Positions 1 through 10,316 of a stretch of 64,000 nt of DNA are shown here, one piece after another. Source of the DNA: Paramoeba atlantica (Eukaryota > Protista > Discosea); NCBI GenBank assembly GCA_977017575.1, contig CDRNVI010000030.1:682001-746000 (forward strand). Reading direction: 5' to 3'. Under the pieces are notes generated by a model. The model saw only the letters and a program-made list of their open reading frames with translations, did not search any database and was not told the DNA's origin. Both the position numbers and the translations under genes were made by a program. How positions within the stretch are numbered: position 1 is the stretch's first letter; every line of letters starts with the position of its first letter.

Positions 1-149
1 AAGATACAAAAGGCAGATCTGCACTTTCTGGAGAAAAATGCACCCATGAACCAAAAAGGTCTTTTCCCACCAAAAAAGCATACCCCCCCAGTAACAGAAA
101 TTTGACCATTTTGGCCCAAAATCGATTCTATTACTGGGGGGGTATACGG
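1..149. mobile_element. Right-hand part of a TA-flanked MITE (same family as 49227-49525)
   Basis: Positions ~28-149 are nearly identical to 49400-49525 and end in the same TIR (ctattactggggg(gg)tatacgg) followed by TA at 150-151. Confidence 0.8.
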
Positions 150-180
150 TATACGCCGATTCATACCCTGGAGTTTACCC

Positions 181-234
181 GTAGTGATTCACTACACGGG
201 GTTAGCTCACTACATTTATGTAGTGAATCACTAC
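181..234. repeat. Perfect 16-bp inverted repeat with self-palindromic arms
   Basis: gtagtgattcactaca (181-196) and tgtagtgaatcactac (219-234); the tcactac motif recurs at 207-213. Confidence 0.75.
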
Positions 235-1262
235 TTTTGGTTCACCACATTAGTTCACAATGAGTCCAATGCGGAATTTCCTTGTACTGAAATAATAGCT
301 CTTCGTCGTGACAATCGGTCCTTGATTAACTCTACAGCCGTTTACAGACCCCGTATCTTTACCATTTTGCGGACCATTGCACGCATTTTGTCTTTGATTT
401 GAACCTCCAAACTCTTTTTTTATTTGTTTTTGGCCAGTCGAGTTTTCATCGAGTCCCAGCAAAATAAAAAACAAGTAATAGTACAAGAAAACAAAACGAG
501 TCATAGTACGAAACTATGGGAAATCTGAACAGGGGAAGATAGAGACGGACTCCGTTGCCAATATTTTCCACGTCCAGACTCCCAACTGGGGAAACCCGTT
601 CATAAAGTTTTTTTAATTCTTTTTGTGTTGCAGCACGGGCGACATGGTTGACCGGGCAACCATTCCTCCTGCCCCACAGTCGGTGCTCTATAAAACCCCA
701 TACCTTATAGCGGTTTGATAAAAGAAAACCCAAGTACATTGCCGCCCGAGAAAAAAATTATAACACACAATCATTTAACTACTCAACAGAAGCTGGCTCT
801 ATGTCAATCTGATGAGTCGAATCCGATGAGAAGCTCGGCGAAAAATACTCGGTAAGTGTTCGCGCGGTTTCCAGGATCAAGAAGGGTGCAGCTTTTTTTC
901 AAGCCATTGTGAATAATGGCGGTAGACGAAAAAAAAGAGAAAGGGGCTTTAACTACGAGCGGCAACATACAGTGAAAAAAGTTGACAAAGATGTTACTGA
1001 TCTAATTGAAAAACACAAGGTGATATTAAAAGAAATAGTTTTTGACAACATAGAACGCCACGGAGTGTTTAGAGGTAATTTGTCGGAGAGAAGGAAAGAA
1101 CACATAAACCCCCCGCAGTCAAAAGTCACCCCACCTAACTTTTCAGCCAAGTGTCCGTTTGAACTGATTTTTGTTGCATTTTGCAGATCTCAACACAAAG
1201 GCTTTGCGCGCTAAAAACCGGAATCAAAAAAATTATTCATGATAGTTTATATTTAACATTTA

Positions 1263-2033
1263 CAGTGCTCGCAAAAATTAGTAAAACTTTTATTGTAAAA
1301 TAGTAAAAAAGTTTTACTAATTAAAAATTCACTAATTTTTGTTTTACTAATTTTTGCACTGCCACAAAAAATTTGCCAACTTGATAAAATCAATTTTTAC
1401 AGAAACGGTATTTCTGTCGCTTGAGTAGGCTGCCTCCTCTAAGGTCGGCGTTAGTACCATCTGCAAAATGGTAATGCTAGGGAAGACCGCGAGGAGGTCC
1501 CGACCATGCTTCCCCATGCTGAGTGTGTCAGGCTTCAGTGAAGCGTATTACAAAGAAAATCCTTACAAAGAATATTCCCCCAAAAGGGATTGACTTTTAC
1601 CCCCTCCCATACAATGTCCCTACATGAGTATTTTCTTAAATATGAAAAAAATCTCTTAAATACAAGAGAGCGATGTTTCGCGTTCGCGGAGCGGAGAAAG
1701 TCTTTTAAAAATAGGAGTATAACGAACAAGAAAGTCGGAGATTCAGAAAAAAATCAGGAGCGGGGAAAGTAACATGTGTCTGTAGCACAGAGTAAAAAAC
1801 ACCCCCAAAAAATAATATTAATAAAAATCTTGCTCACAGAAATCTTGCTCGCTTTCGTGCGACATAATCTGAATAATAGTAATCTGAAAACGTTTCGTAA
1901 AAAAAGATAGAATTCCGAAAAAAACAAAAAAATGTAAGGTGTAAAACCTGAATTTTGCAAAATGTTTTACTAATTAAAAATTTACTAATTTTTGTTTTAC
2001 GAATTATTGTTACACTAATAATTGTGTGCACTG
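1263..2033. mobile_element. Non-autonomous TA-flanked element inserted in the transposase stop codon
   Basis: TIRs cagtgctcgcaaaaattag / rc cagtgcacacaattattag; TA at 1261-1262 and 2034-2035; repeated gttttactaatt subterminal motifs at both ends. Confidence 0.7.
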
Positions 2034-3037
2034 TACCATTTTTTCACTTTTTCGCCTTTCAATCTTATACACGCTTTGAGGCGAGCATCGAAACTCAAAA
2101 CAGTTTTATCAATCATTTTTTGTGGCAAACGAGACCACGCATTGCGTATGCATCGGATGAGTGAGGATTTGTCTGATGGGGTCTTCTCGTCCACTACCTC
2201 TTGGACCATAGACCAGACGTTTTCTATGGGGGAAAGGTCTGGTGAATTGGGGGGCCAATTTTTCAATAGATCTTTCATTCTATTCGTAATATACTCCTTA
2301 GAGGCGCGTGCGGTGTGTGCCGTGGCCCCGTCTTGCTGAAAAATACACGTACGTGGGAAAGGTACCTTTTTTAACGTCTTAATGTAGGACATGCTCGTGA
2401 TAGACGAGTCAGAGTCCAGAACAACTAAGTATCTCCACGCTACTCCTATAGCACCCCAAACTTGACATCTAGGCGCCCAGCGTACTTTTTGACGTGGAGC
2501 GGCTTTTTCACCGGGTGCTACCCACATATTCTTTCGGCCATCATTAGTATCAAAGACTTTTTCGTCTGTAAAGACGACGCGAGATGTATCCATATTGTAT
2601 TTCTTTGAAAAGGCTACTCTTTTTCTTTTTTGTAACTTTGTGAGTCCTTGGCACACGGGCCTAGCATTATAGTTATACCCCATGATTGAAAGATCATGAA
2701 GCACCGTGCTTTGAGACACTTTAGTACCTCCCCCACTTAGTTTAGCCTTTATTCGCCTAGCCGAGTTAATTTTTGGCACACCGGCGGGATCGAGAGGGGC
2801 AATAATTTTCTTTATTCTATTTCTTCGAGATTCAATACATTTTTTTCGTTCAGGGCTCAAAGTATATTCTTGGGTTAAGTTTTTTTCGCTAAGGTATTTT
2901 CTTACAATCTTTACTGAGAGGTTAAAATCACGAGACAATTGCTTTTTTGATACACCTTGACCGTATCTCATCCTCAATAGAACTTTTCCACTGTTTGTAA
3001 GTCCCCCTTTCGGCAACCGATATGCGGATTTAGGCAT
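2015..3037 (-). CDS. Tc1-family DDE transposase (DD35E), about 340 aa
   Basis: VFTDEK, FQQDGATAH and WPPNSPDLSPIENVW motifs, with 35 residues between the second D and E; N-terminal HTH-like region. Start placed at ATG 3037 (MPKSAY) because the paralogous copies at 43100 and 52893 begin at the same Met. Confidence 0.93.
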   Translation of the reverse strand: MPKSAYRLPKGGLTNSGKVLLRMRYGQGVSKKQLSRDFNLSVKIVRKYLSEKNLTQEYTLSPERKKCIESRRNRIKKIIAPLDPAGVPKINSARRIKAKLSGGGTKVSQSTVLHDLSIMGYNYNARPVCQGLTKLQKRKRVAFSKKYNMDTSRVVFTDEKVFDTNDGRKNMWVAPGEKAAPRQKVRWAPRCQVWGAIGVAWRYLVVLDSDSSITSMSYIKTLKKVPFPRTCIFQQDGATAHTARASKEYITNRMKDLLKNWPPNSPDLSPIENVWSMVQEVVDEKTPSDKSSLIRCIRNAWSRLPQKMIDKTVLSFDARLKACIRLKGEKVKKWYSAHNY

Positions 3038-3149
3038 TTTTGGGAAAAAGTGAATTTTGTTTTTTGAAGCTTTTAAAATGAGCTGAAAACAGCGGGAACG
3101 TGGAGATCTTAAAATTTTGAACGACAAAGCGGTGCCGTAACCCCCTTTA

Positions 3150-4590
3150 CAGTCACCCCCCCCTCACTTGTCCCGGCGAAAAGGCCAAAAAAGCGGAAAA
3201 GGCGGATAAGTCGCGTGGTAGGACAAGTCACGTAGCATCAAGAGGAACTGTATGACACATTTTTGTATACATCCGTATACATGAAAAAACTCTTTTTCGA
3301 ACTTAAAGGGGGTGCTCGTTTATTGTTAACATTCGATTATTGTTAACAATGAATTAATTTCGTTTTTTTCGTGTGACTTTTGAATTTTTTTGTTCCCTAT
3401 GGTCATGTTGTATAGCGTTCTTGATAAGAAAAATGGTGCGCTTAACGATATGCGAAACCATGTTATTGATACAACAGACTTTCGGTCGCCCGACGATGGC
3501 AACCCCCAGAGACACAGTTTTGGGTGAAACTGGATTTGAAAACTACATAGTTCCCTAAAGAGGTATCATTGGAGAGTCGTTAGTAGCTCCGGCGATTGCA
3601 GTGACCTTCAGTGACCTCCAGAGAGTGCCGAAATACCCAAATTAACAATATTCGAACTTTCATTGCAACTCGTATAATGTTAACATTGGGGGGTAAAAGT
3701 TCGATTATTGTTAATATTCGATTTTTGTTGGCAAAAAATGCTCGAAAAAAATGTTAACAATAAACGAGCCCCCCCTTTATTAGGTCGGCGTCAGTACCAT
3801 CAGCGAGATGGCAGTGCCAGGGAATATCACGAGGAGGTTCCAACCTTACTTCCCCATCTCGGTTTGTGCCTAACTTTCAGAGGAAGTAGTTTTCTTTACA
3901 GAAACGGTAACTTTATCGATTTCCGAATATAACGTGATATAACGTGATTCTTGACTTGAAATGAACGTACATTTTAATTACGCTAAAAAGTGTGTCACCG
4001 GTAACATGAGCCCACGAACTAATAGATTAAATACATTGTATATGAATACAAATGGTCTTTGCAAGGGAAAAACAATTATCAACTGAATTAAAGCATGTAA
4101 ACAAACCCAAGTAAACAAAAAGTGCGCGAATATAGATTTTATGAAAGATAGGAAGGAGTATAACGCTAAAACGGAAAATACAATTTAAGTTTATTCTGAT
4201 TTATAATACAGCTATCATTTTTAATAAAACAGTTTCTGATCTTTCTGATATTTCCAGACGTGTCTCCCACATGGGGCATTACCGCTGTGTTTTCAGTTTT
4301 CAAAGTGATGAGTACTAGTACTTGACTAGCGTTGAATGGTTCGTAGTTTCGCTTCTTTCTGGACATCATGATTCAAATAGTTTTTAAAGAGATAATATCT
4401 GTAGACTGAGTGTCGTACTTTGTAGAGATAGTCGTAACTGGTTTCTATTAAATATCTGCAACTTAAAAATACGAAAACTAAATTTTCAAAAATGATCAAG
4501 GGCAGAGGGGCTACCACATGACTTATCCGCCTTCAGATTCTCAAAAGCGGATATGTAACGTGGTAGGACAAGTGAGGGGGGGGGTGACGG
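3150..4590. mobile_element. Non-autonomous TA-flanked element (1441 bp) in the 5' UTR of the Tc1 element
   Basis: TIRs cagtcacccccccctcacttgtcc / rc ccgtcacccccccccctcacttgtcc; TA at 3148-3149 and 4591-4592; inverted subterminal motif ggcggataagtc / gacttatccgcc. Confidence 0.8.
3306..3777. mobile_element. MITE nested in the 3150-4590 element
   Basis: TIR aaggggg(t)gctcgtttattgttaacatt at both ends; TA at 3304-3305 and 3778-3779; internal tcgattattgttaa repeats. Confidence 0.8.
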
Positions 4591-4713
4591 TACCCCCCCT
4601 GTACAAAAAAAGAGGGGGGTGACTTATTCGCTGTGGGGGGTTTATATTAAAAATTTAAGTGTCTTTTTGGGTGGTCTTGGCGAACGCTTGGAAGAACGAA
4701 ATGTAGTGGTGAT

Positions 4714-4830
4714 CAGCGTCTTTTACCCCCCCTACAGGTCTTGTATTTCGTTCGATTTTGGAAAAAAATTGTATGGGACTGTTTTTCGACCCAATCGTTC
4801 CGAATCCGAGGTTCTTTTCACTCGTGGACA
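4714..4830 (+). mobile_element. Truncated end of the long-TIR family seen at 53620-54283
   Basis: cagcgtcttttaccccccctacaggtcttgtatttcgttcgattttgga...tatgggactgtttttcgacccaatcg matches 53620-53740. Confidence 0.7.
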
Positions 4831-5252
4831 CCTGTATCATTCCTAAACTGAAAAAAAGCTGCAAAAAACTCGATATGTTTTTACAGAGTACATTTTTTTC
4901 AAGATCGATATTTTTTGGTGATTCATGACGAAGGAGCACCGCCCCCTGTGTTTACCTTACTCTCGCGTGCGCCCCAAGATGCGCATGGCACTCGTGATCG
5001 AATACGAGCGACTTAAGTCCTGTAAGGCACTCGTAAAACTTCATAAACTTGACCCCGGGTCCATCATTGAAAAATATCAAAGGTAAAATACTAAAACAAA
5101 TGGAATAATAAGTGTGTTTCCTGAATAAAAAAAATGGAATAATAAGTGTGCGGGGGATTTATTAGTTAATTAATTTATTAGTATTAATTAAAGCGGACAA
5201 GCGTTGTAGACAACCTTAGCAAAAGAGGTTAAAAGAGGAAATAAATGATGGA

Positions 5253-5321
5253 ACCGTGGAAAACAAGGGGGTGGGGGGTACTATAAACGCTCTCTTTGTT
5301 TACCCCTTTGTTTTCCACGGT
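5253..5321. repeat. 20-bp inverted repeat (one mismatch), hairpin or mini-MITE
   Basis: accgtggaaaacaagggggt (5253-5272) versus acccctttgttttccacggt (5302-5321). Confidence 0.7.
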
Positions 5322-5662
5322 CCCCAGCCGAGGGGTATATTGGGTAGCGATTATACTCCCCGGTATATAAAAGGGTACCGGTTCATTAAGTCGTACCCCG
5401 GTTTACGTGATATAACAGTTGGATTTTAGTACCGTCGCGGAAAAAAAGGCATGGGACGAGGGGGATATGTTAGGGGCCGCGGGCTAGAATAACATACCCC
5501 CCGGTATGTTATCCAAATTATGGGTATGTTAACCGGGAATGTAGTTTCATTCTAGAATCCTGTACTTTAAAGACGAAATTCAAAGCATTTCTAGCGGTAT
5601 CTTGGACATGAAGCCTCGATTAATAATAAAAAGAAAAATCCTTTTTGGCCCCCCTCTCCAAA

Positions 5663-7000
5663 CTATATCTTCTCGATGACTCTTGCCTCACTGATATGGT
5701 CGGATTCCTGTAGATGTCCACCTTCCACCATTTCCATCCAAATACGAGCACGAAAGGCTTTGTAGAGCTCTCGCACAAGATCGCGAAAATCTTGACGCTG
5801 TTCTGCATAATAAAAAAAAGTTAATTTTTTCCGGTCAAACTGATATTCCGCATCAATGATACGCATCGGAATTTTTTGTTCCTTAACTTTAGCTTGTGCA
5901 ACTTCCACTGCACGCTTTTCCAACTCTGTCTGCACGCCATGAAGTTGAGTAACTTCCAACGAGGTTGCCTTGCGTATCACAACCCCCACACCCATACTAA
6001 CCGGTAGCGGGGTGTTACAGGAGGCCAAGACCTCCGATGGGGATCCCCCACCCCCTACTCGTTGCCAGGTGTAAATTACCAAACCGACATCCTCCCCGCG
6101 GTCTCCGCCCACCACAACGTAGTCCCCGGCGACGTACCGATGCACGGACTGAAACTGTAGAATTCGATTTCGTTTGAACTCAACAAGCATCTCTACAGGA
6201 GAAGATGAAACAGGAGAAGACGAAGAGGATAACAATAGACCCGGGGAAGGTCGAGCAGGGCTAGGCGAGGAGATCGCAACCCCAGGAGAAGGCTCCGGTA
6301 GCCGTCGAGACCCGGTACCCCCCCTTACCATCGGTACAACACAGCGGGTAGGAAACTGCAAGTTCGGGTCGGCACTACCCCTTTGTCCCGTACTCTCATG
6401 TAGAGCAGGAGAAGGAGGACGAGGATGACCGGAAGGCGTTACGGGACGGCTAGACGCGGTTCGAGGCTGTTCTTTTTCTTCGGCTTCCTCTTCTTCCGAT
6501 TCTGGGACTCGAGGAAACAAGGGGGAGGTGAGTGCGGGGCTGGGAGAGGACTCCCGGGGACCGAGGGGACATCGCTCCTGGCTGAACTCATGGAGGAGCA
6601 ACCCGTAGTTGATCTCGGAGGGTGGGGTTGGGGCGGGGGGGTGGGGGAGTACAGCGTGACGCTGCGGGACGTGGGTGGTGGCAAGAGAGGAGGGAGGGGA
6701 GAGAACGGAAGGAGGGGGGTTGAACGGTGGTAGGGTAGGGGGTGGTACAGAACGATCGGAGGAGGTGGACGCGGGTGGTTTTCGAGGAGGGGTTTGTTGG
6801 GTTGCGACATCGAGAGAGGGGGATACGGGAGGGGGAGGGGAGGAGAGGAGGGTGGTAAGTTGGTCGAGGCGTTGAGTGAGTTTGAGTTGGAGGGAGAGGA
6901 TTTCGGTGTCCATGGCTTTGTACCACGTGTCCAGAAGAGACTGTGCTAGGGTAACATCGACAGCAGAGTGCTTTGGTTCAGGAAGGCAATGGGAATGCAT
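5663..7000 (-). CDS. PSP1 C-terminal domain protein with Pro/Ser-rich N-terminus
   Basis: VEFKRNR, GDYVVVGGDRGEDVGLV and DAEYQFDRKKLTFFY...DFRDLVRELYKAFRARIWME are PSP1-C hallmark motifs; the family is expanded in kinetoplastids. Confidence 0.88.
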   Translation of the reverse strand: MHSHCLPEPKHSAVDVTLAQSLLDTWYKAMDTEILSLQLKLTQRLDQLTTLLSSPPPPVSPSLDVATQQTPPRKPPASTSSDRSVPPPTLPPFNPPPSVLSPPSSLATTHVPQRHAVLPHPPAPTPPSEINYGLLLHEFSQERCPLGPRESSPSPALTSPLFPRVPESEEEEAEEKEQPRTASSRPVTPSGHPRPPSPALHESTGQRGSADPNLQFPTRCVVPMVRGGTGSRRLPEPSPGVAISSPSPARPSPGLLLSSSSSPVSSSPVEMLVEFKRNRILQFQSVHRYVAGDYVVVGGDRGEDVGLVIYTWQRVGGGGSPSEVLASCNTPLPVSMGVGVVIRKATSLEVTQLHGVQTELEKRAVEVAQAKVKEQKIPMRIIDAEYQFDRKKLTFFYYAEQRQDFRDLVRELYKAFRARIWMEMVEGGHLQESDHISEARVIEKI

Positions 7001-7263
7001 TTTTTGCTTTTATGTACACGAAGAGTAGTGCAAATTTATGATTGTAAATATTGCCAACAAAAACAGAACATTTTTTTTTATGTAATTTGTTTTAGAAAAA
7101 TGAGAATTAACCAATCAGTTCCAAATCAAAATACAGAAAAAGCAAATAGGAGAATGTGAAATGTGGCTCATACAGTACGTATGCGGCTCATGCGTATGTG
7201 GCTCATATGTATGCTCGAGGGTGACTGTTTCACTACTCGCATGTTTTAAAAAGAGATGAAAAT

Positions 7264-10074
7264 TCAATCGTCCGTTGTCAATCGTCCATTCTTTGTCGTT
7301 GTACAAAGCAAGTCTTTCAACATGTGATATGTACTTCTGTGAAGAACTTGTGTGCCAAGTGCGAATTGAGATGCCAGACATTCAGCGTGCTTCTTCGCGT
7401 TTTGTACCACTACACGAGGGAGTCCCGCGCGAGCGGCAACATCCAAACCGTACGAATTGGAGCAAATCCCTGTTGCAAGCTTGTGAAGTAGAATCACCTG
7501 CTGAGAAACTGGATCAATTTGATGCCGCATGTGCATCGCGCGTATGTCGTACTGAGAAAAACTCAGCACAGCCTGTATGGCAAGAAAATAGTAATGAGTA
7601 GAGAAAAAACCCAAGGGCTGTGAATGCCGCACAAGGTACGAAAGCGCTCCCCAGGCTACAGCATATCCATCGAAAGTCGAGGTACCGCGCCCGAGTTCGT
7701 CGACAAGCACCAGACTACGGGGCGTTGCGTGACGAAGAATATGTCCCATCTCGGTGAGCTCCACGAGAAATGTGGACTTGTGCTCAAAAAGACTATCTCG
7801 TGCCCCCATACGGGTATAGATACGATCCACGGGAGCAAGACGAAAAGAACTAGCGTGCACAAAACATCCGATTTGCGCCAATACCGTAGCCACCCCCACC
7901 GCCCGCATCAATGTCGATTTCCCTCCCATATTCGGTCCCGTAAGCACAATCACCCGTCCTGATGCTGCGTCCATACGCACGTCATTTTTTGTGACCTCTT
8001 CCTGTCCCTCATTCAGCTTAGTTCCCGAATGAAACAACGCAGTAGAAGAAATTTGCGCTGCGCTCTCACCGGAAATAACATTTGGGGAACACATTCCTGG
8101 TTGGGAGGAAGCCATTGCAAGACTCGTAAGCGCATCCACAATCGCAATAGCTTGAGAAAGCTTCGTCACCGATACATAAAAAGAGGAGCTGTACATTCGT
8201 AACAACTCTTTTAAATGACGTTGCAGGACCAGTGCGCGTTGTTCAGAAATCTCTTTGAGTGCCCGAACGATCGGTTCCAGTCGTTTGTGTTTATATCGTG
8301 TGACTTTAGCAGTGGTAGAGAACATGAGGAAATCTGGGGGGAGGGTGTCGACCACCGAACGGGTTGGGACCTCGATGAGAAACCACTCCTTGCCGGCATC
8401 AACAAAGGAAAGTGAGGGGTCGTGGAAATAACCCCGGGCAGCCTCGAGATAGGGATCTAGAGAGGCTACAAGTTGAGTACGTCGCGACTCCAGTGCATCA
8501 TAGGGTTCACAAGTACCGGGAGTAGGAATTGCAAATCCCGTTTGTAGCGCCGCGTTCTCATCGAACCCGTTACGAAAACAGAGAATGTCCTCGGAGAGGG
8601 TGGGTGTGAGGTTACCCTGTAGTGTGGACTTCATAGCGCAGTCCGGGGTATGAGAAAGAAGATCACGTAACGCTTTGTCTTGTGATAGAACGCAGCTCAT
8701 CGTCTGGGACAAGAGCTGTAGGGTACGTTTTCCTTGCGCGGAGCTGTCGACCCAGGAAACCTCTTTTTCTTCAACCATGTTGCGAAGACGAACGCTGTTG
8801 CGTTCTAAGTCCGTTGTTGTGCTAAGGAGTTGACGTACAGATTGTGCTCCGTAGTGCATCAGAAATTGAACAAAGACTTGCCTACTCTGAATTAACGTTG
8901 CATCGCGCAAAGGTTCTAAAACCCATTTCCGTAGCTGGCGTTTTCCAGAAGGGGTTGAGGTAAAATCAATTCTAGAAAGCAAGGAATCGGAACAACTCTC
9001 TCCTGATTGCAAAATTTCGAGATGTTCCAAAGTGCTAGCATCTAGCACCATGTGAGGCGCTTGTGTACTGACGGCCTCGTCTAAAAAGAAGTACGAAAGG
9101 GTAAATTGCGGAGTAATGACCTCCGAAATAATCATTAGCTTTTCAAGGTAGTGAACGATGCCTCCGAATGCGTATAGAATAGGCGTAGGTTGAGAAAGGA
9201 GTACCCCAAGAACATCAGAAGTTCTGCGGTTGAGCTCTTGTATTTGATTAACGCAATAATTGGTGTGAAACACAACGTCAGAAATTTCGTTCGACATTTC
9301 ATACAGTCGAGAAGAAGCTGACACAGATATTAGGAGTTGTGTAAGTGTGGAGGATCGCTTTCGACCGACAACGATTTCACGTGGCGCAAAATGACGCAAG
9401 ACAGTTGCAAAGTGCTCATAAGACTCGGGACCGGAGAAAACGGCAAACGAACCAACTCCGCAAGAAATTTCAAATGCACAAAAACCAATCTCCACTTCAT
9501 TATGCCCTGTACATCGCTCGTAAACGGAAACAAGATGAGACGCTTCTGCCGTTTGAATCATCTCCGTATCCGTTAAAGTCGAGCATGTATAGATTTTAAC
9601 CAATTCACGAGGAACACAAACATCAGTGTCCTTTTTTGTTAACTGCTCAACCCTTCCCACGCGGTAACCACGCATGACAAATTGCTGGGCCCAGGTACAA
9701 AAAGATTGCTCGGGAACGCCGGCCATTTTCAACCGACCACCTCGAGTGTCAGAAATCATTTTTAATCCAAACTCTCTTTGACCCAATTCCGCATCAACAT
9801 CGTAAAGTTCATAAAATTTACCTTTCTTAAAGAATATTACGGTGTCCAAGTGCTCTTTTTTTATTTCCCAAAACTGACGTTCCATGGCGTTCATATTGTG
9901 CAGAGAACGATCTGGGACATACAATGTGCTGGCATCATAGTTTGGGTCTTCACGGCTTCGTTTCTTCCCGTCTCGACGCTCCTCCATAAAATCGTAGACA
10001 AATCCATTTCGTCGCTCCTGCGCTAGCCTGGCATTTGTAGACCAAAAGTTCGAAACGTCCATAAGTAAGGTCAA
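7264..10074 (-). CDS. MSH6: DNA mismatch repair protein MSH6 (compact, no PWWP extension)
   Basis: FFKKGKFYELY (Phe-X-Glu mismatch motif), LDASTLEHLEI, TGPNMGGKSTLMR Walker A, DELGRGTSTFDG, FSTHY, SYGLDVAARAGLP. Confidence 0.92.
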   Translation of the reverse strand: MTLLMDVSNFWSTNARLAQERRNGFVYDFMEERRDGKKRSREDPNYDASTLYVPDRSLHNMNAMERQFWEIKKEHLDTVIFFKKGKFYELYDVDAELGQREFGLKMISDTRGGRLKMAGVPEQSFCTWAQQFVMRGYRVGRVEQLTKKDTDVCVPRELVKIYTCSTLTDTEMIQTAEASHLVSVYERCTGHNEVEIGFCAFEISCGVGSFAVFSGPESYEHFATVLRHFAPREIVVGRKRSSTLTQLLISVSASSRLYEMSNEISDVVFHTNYCVNQIQELNRRTSDVLGVLLSQPTPILYAFGGIVHYLEKLMIISEVITPQFTLSYFFLDEAVSTQAPHMVLDASTLEHLEILQSGESCSDSLLSRIDFTSTPSGKRQLRKWVLEPLRDATLIQSRQVFVQFLMHYGAQSVRQLLSTTTDLERNSVRLRNMVEEKEVSWVDSSAQGKRTLQLLSQTMSCVLSQDKALRDLLSHTPDCAMKSTLQGNLTPTLSEDILCFRNGFDENAALQTGFAIPTPGTCEPYDALESRRTQLVASLDPYLEAARGYFHDPSLSFVDAGKEWFLIEVPTRSVVDTLPPDFLMFSTTAKVTRYKHKRLEPIVRALKEISEQRALVLQRHLKELLRMYSSSFYVSVTKLSQAIAIVDALTSLAMASSQPGMCSPNVISGESAAQISSTALFHSGTKLNEGQEEVTKNDVRMDAASGRVIVLTGPNMGGKSTLMRAVGVATVLAQIGCFVHASSFRLAPVDRIYTRMGARDSLFEHKSTFLVELTEMGHILRHATPRSLVLVDELGRGTSTFDGYAVAWGALSYLVRHSQPLGFFSTHYYFLAIQAVLSFSQYDIRAMHMRHQIDPVSQQVILLHKLATGICSNSYGLDVAARAGLPRVVVQNAKKHAECLASQFALGTQVLHRSTYHMLKDLLCTTTKNGRLTTDD

Positions 10075-10316
10075 TGTTAAGCTCAGCTGGCGATTATTGT
10101 TTTTGTGGGAAACATTATGGGAGAAAAACAGTGAATATAATAACTAATGGTATTTCTTTCAGTAAGACAAAACTTATCACTTAATAGATATTCAAATTCC
10201 GAAGACTTGAAGATTTGTTCATGATAATTACGCAGTGTTGCATTCTATTCACACCGGTTTACTGTATTGTTTTACTCTACAAAATCACACAAGAACGTTT
10301 TTAAAAATTTCGACAC

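Larger units (their letters stand above)
1107..4642 (-). mobile_element. Tc1/IS630-like DNA transposon (about 1.32 kb core) carrying two nested insertions
   Basis: Imperfect TIRs aaccccccgcagtcaaaagtcacccc (1107) and rc aaccccccacagcgaataagtcacccc (4642), with TA at 1105-1106 and 4643-4644. The same TIR type bounds the related copy at 42937-43889. Removing 1263-2033 and 3150-4590 (plus one TA each) leaves about 1320 bp. Confidence 0.8.

Noticed and set aside
809-875. Hammerhead-like core CTGATGA-gtcga...tcggc-GAAA
   Set aside because: Stem II pairs, but stem III gives an A-C mismatch at the 15.1/16.1 position and no stem I can be formed in type I or type III topology.
446-1214. ORFs 446-739 (minus) and 909-1214 (plus) as genes or another transposase relic
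   Set aside because: Only a vague VWGFIEHRLW resemblance to a Tc1 C-terminus; the 909 ORF runs into the Tc1 TIR; not supportable.
1441-1517. Coding remnant PPR..PWH.H.ADGT.ADL shared with 3781-3857
   Set aside because: Mismatches by codon position were 4/6/5, so there is no third-position bias to support protein-level selection.
4225-4245. Spliced-leader-like acagtttctg
   Set aside because: Only a 10-nt match; no AACTAA start, GT donor or tandem array.
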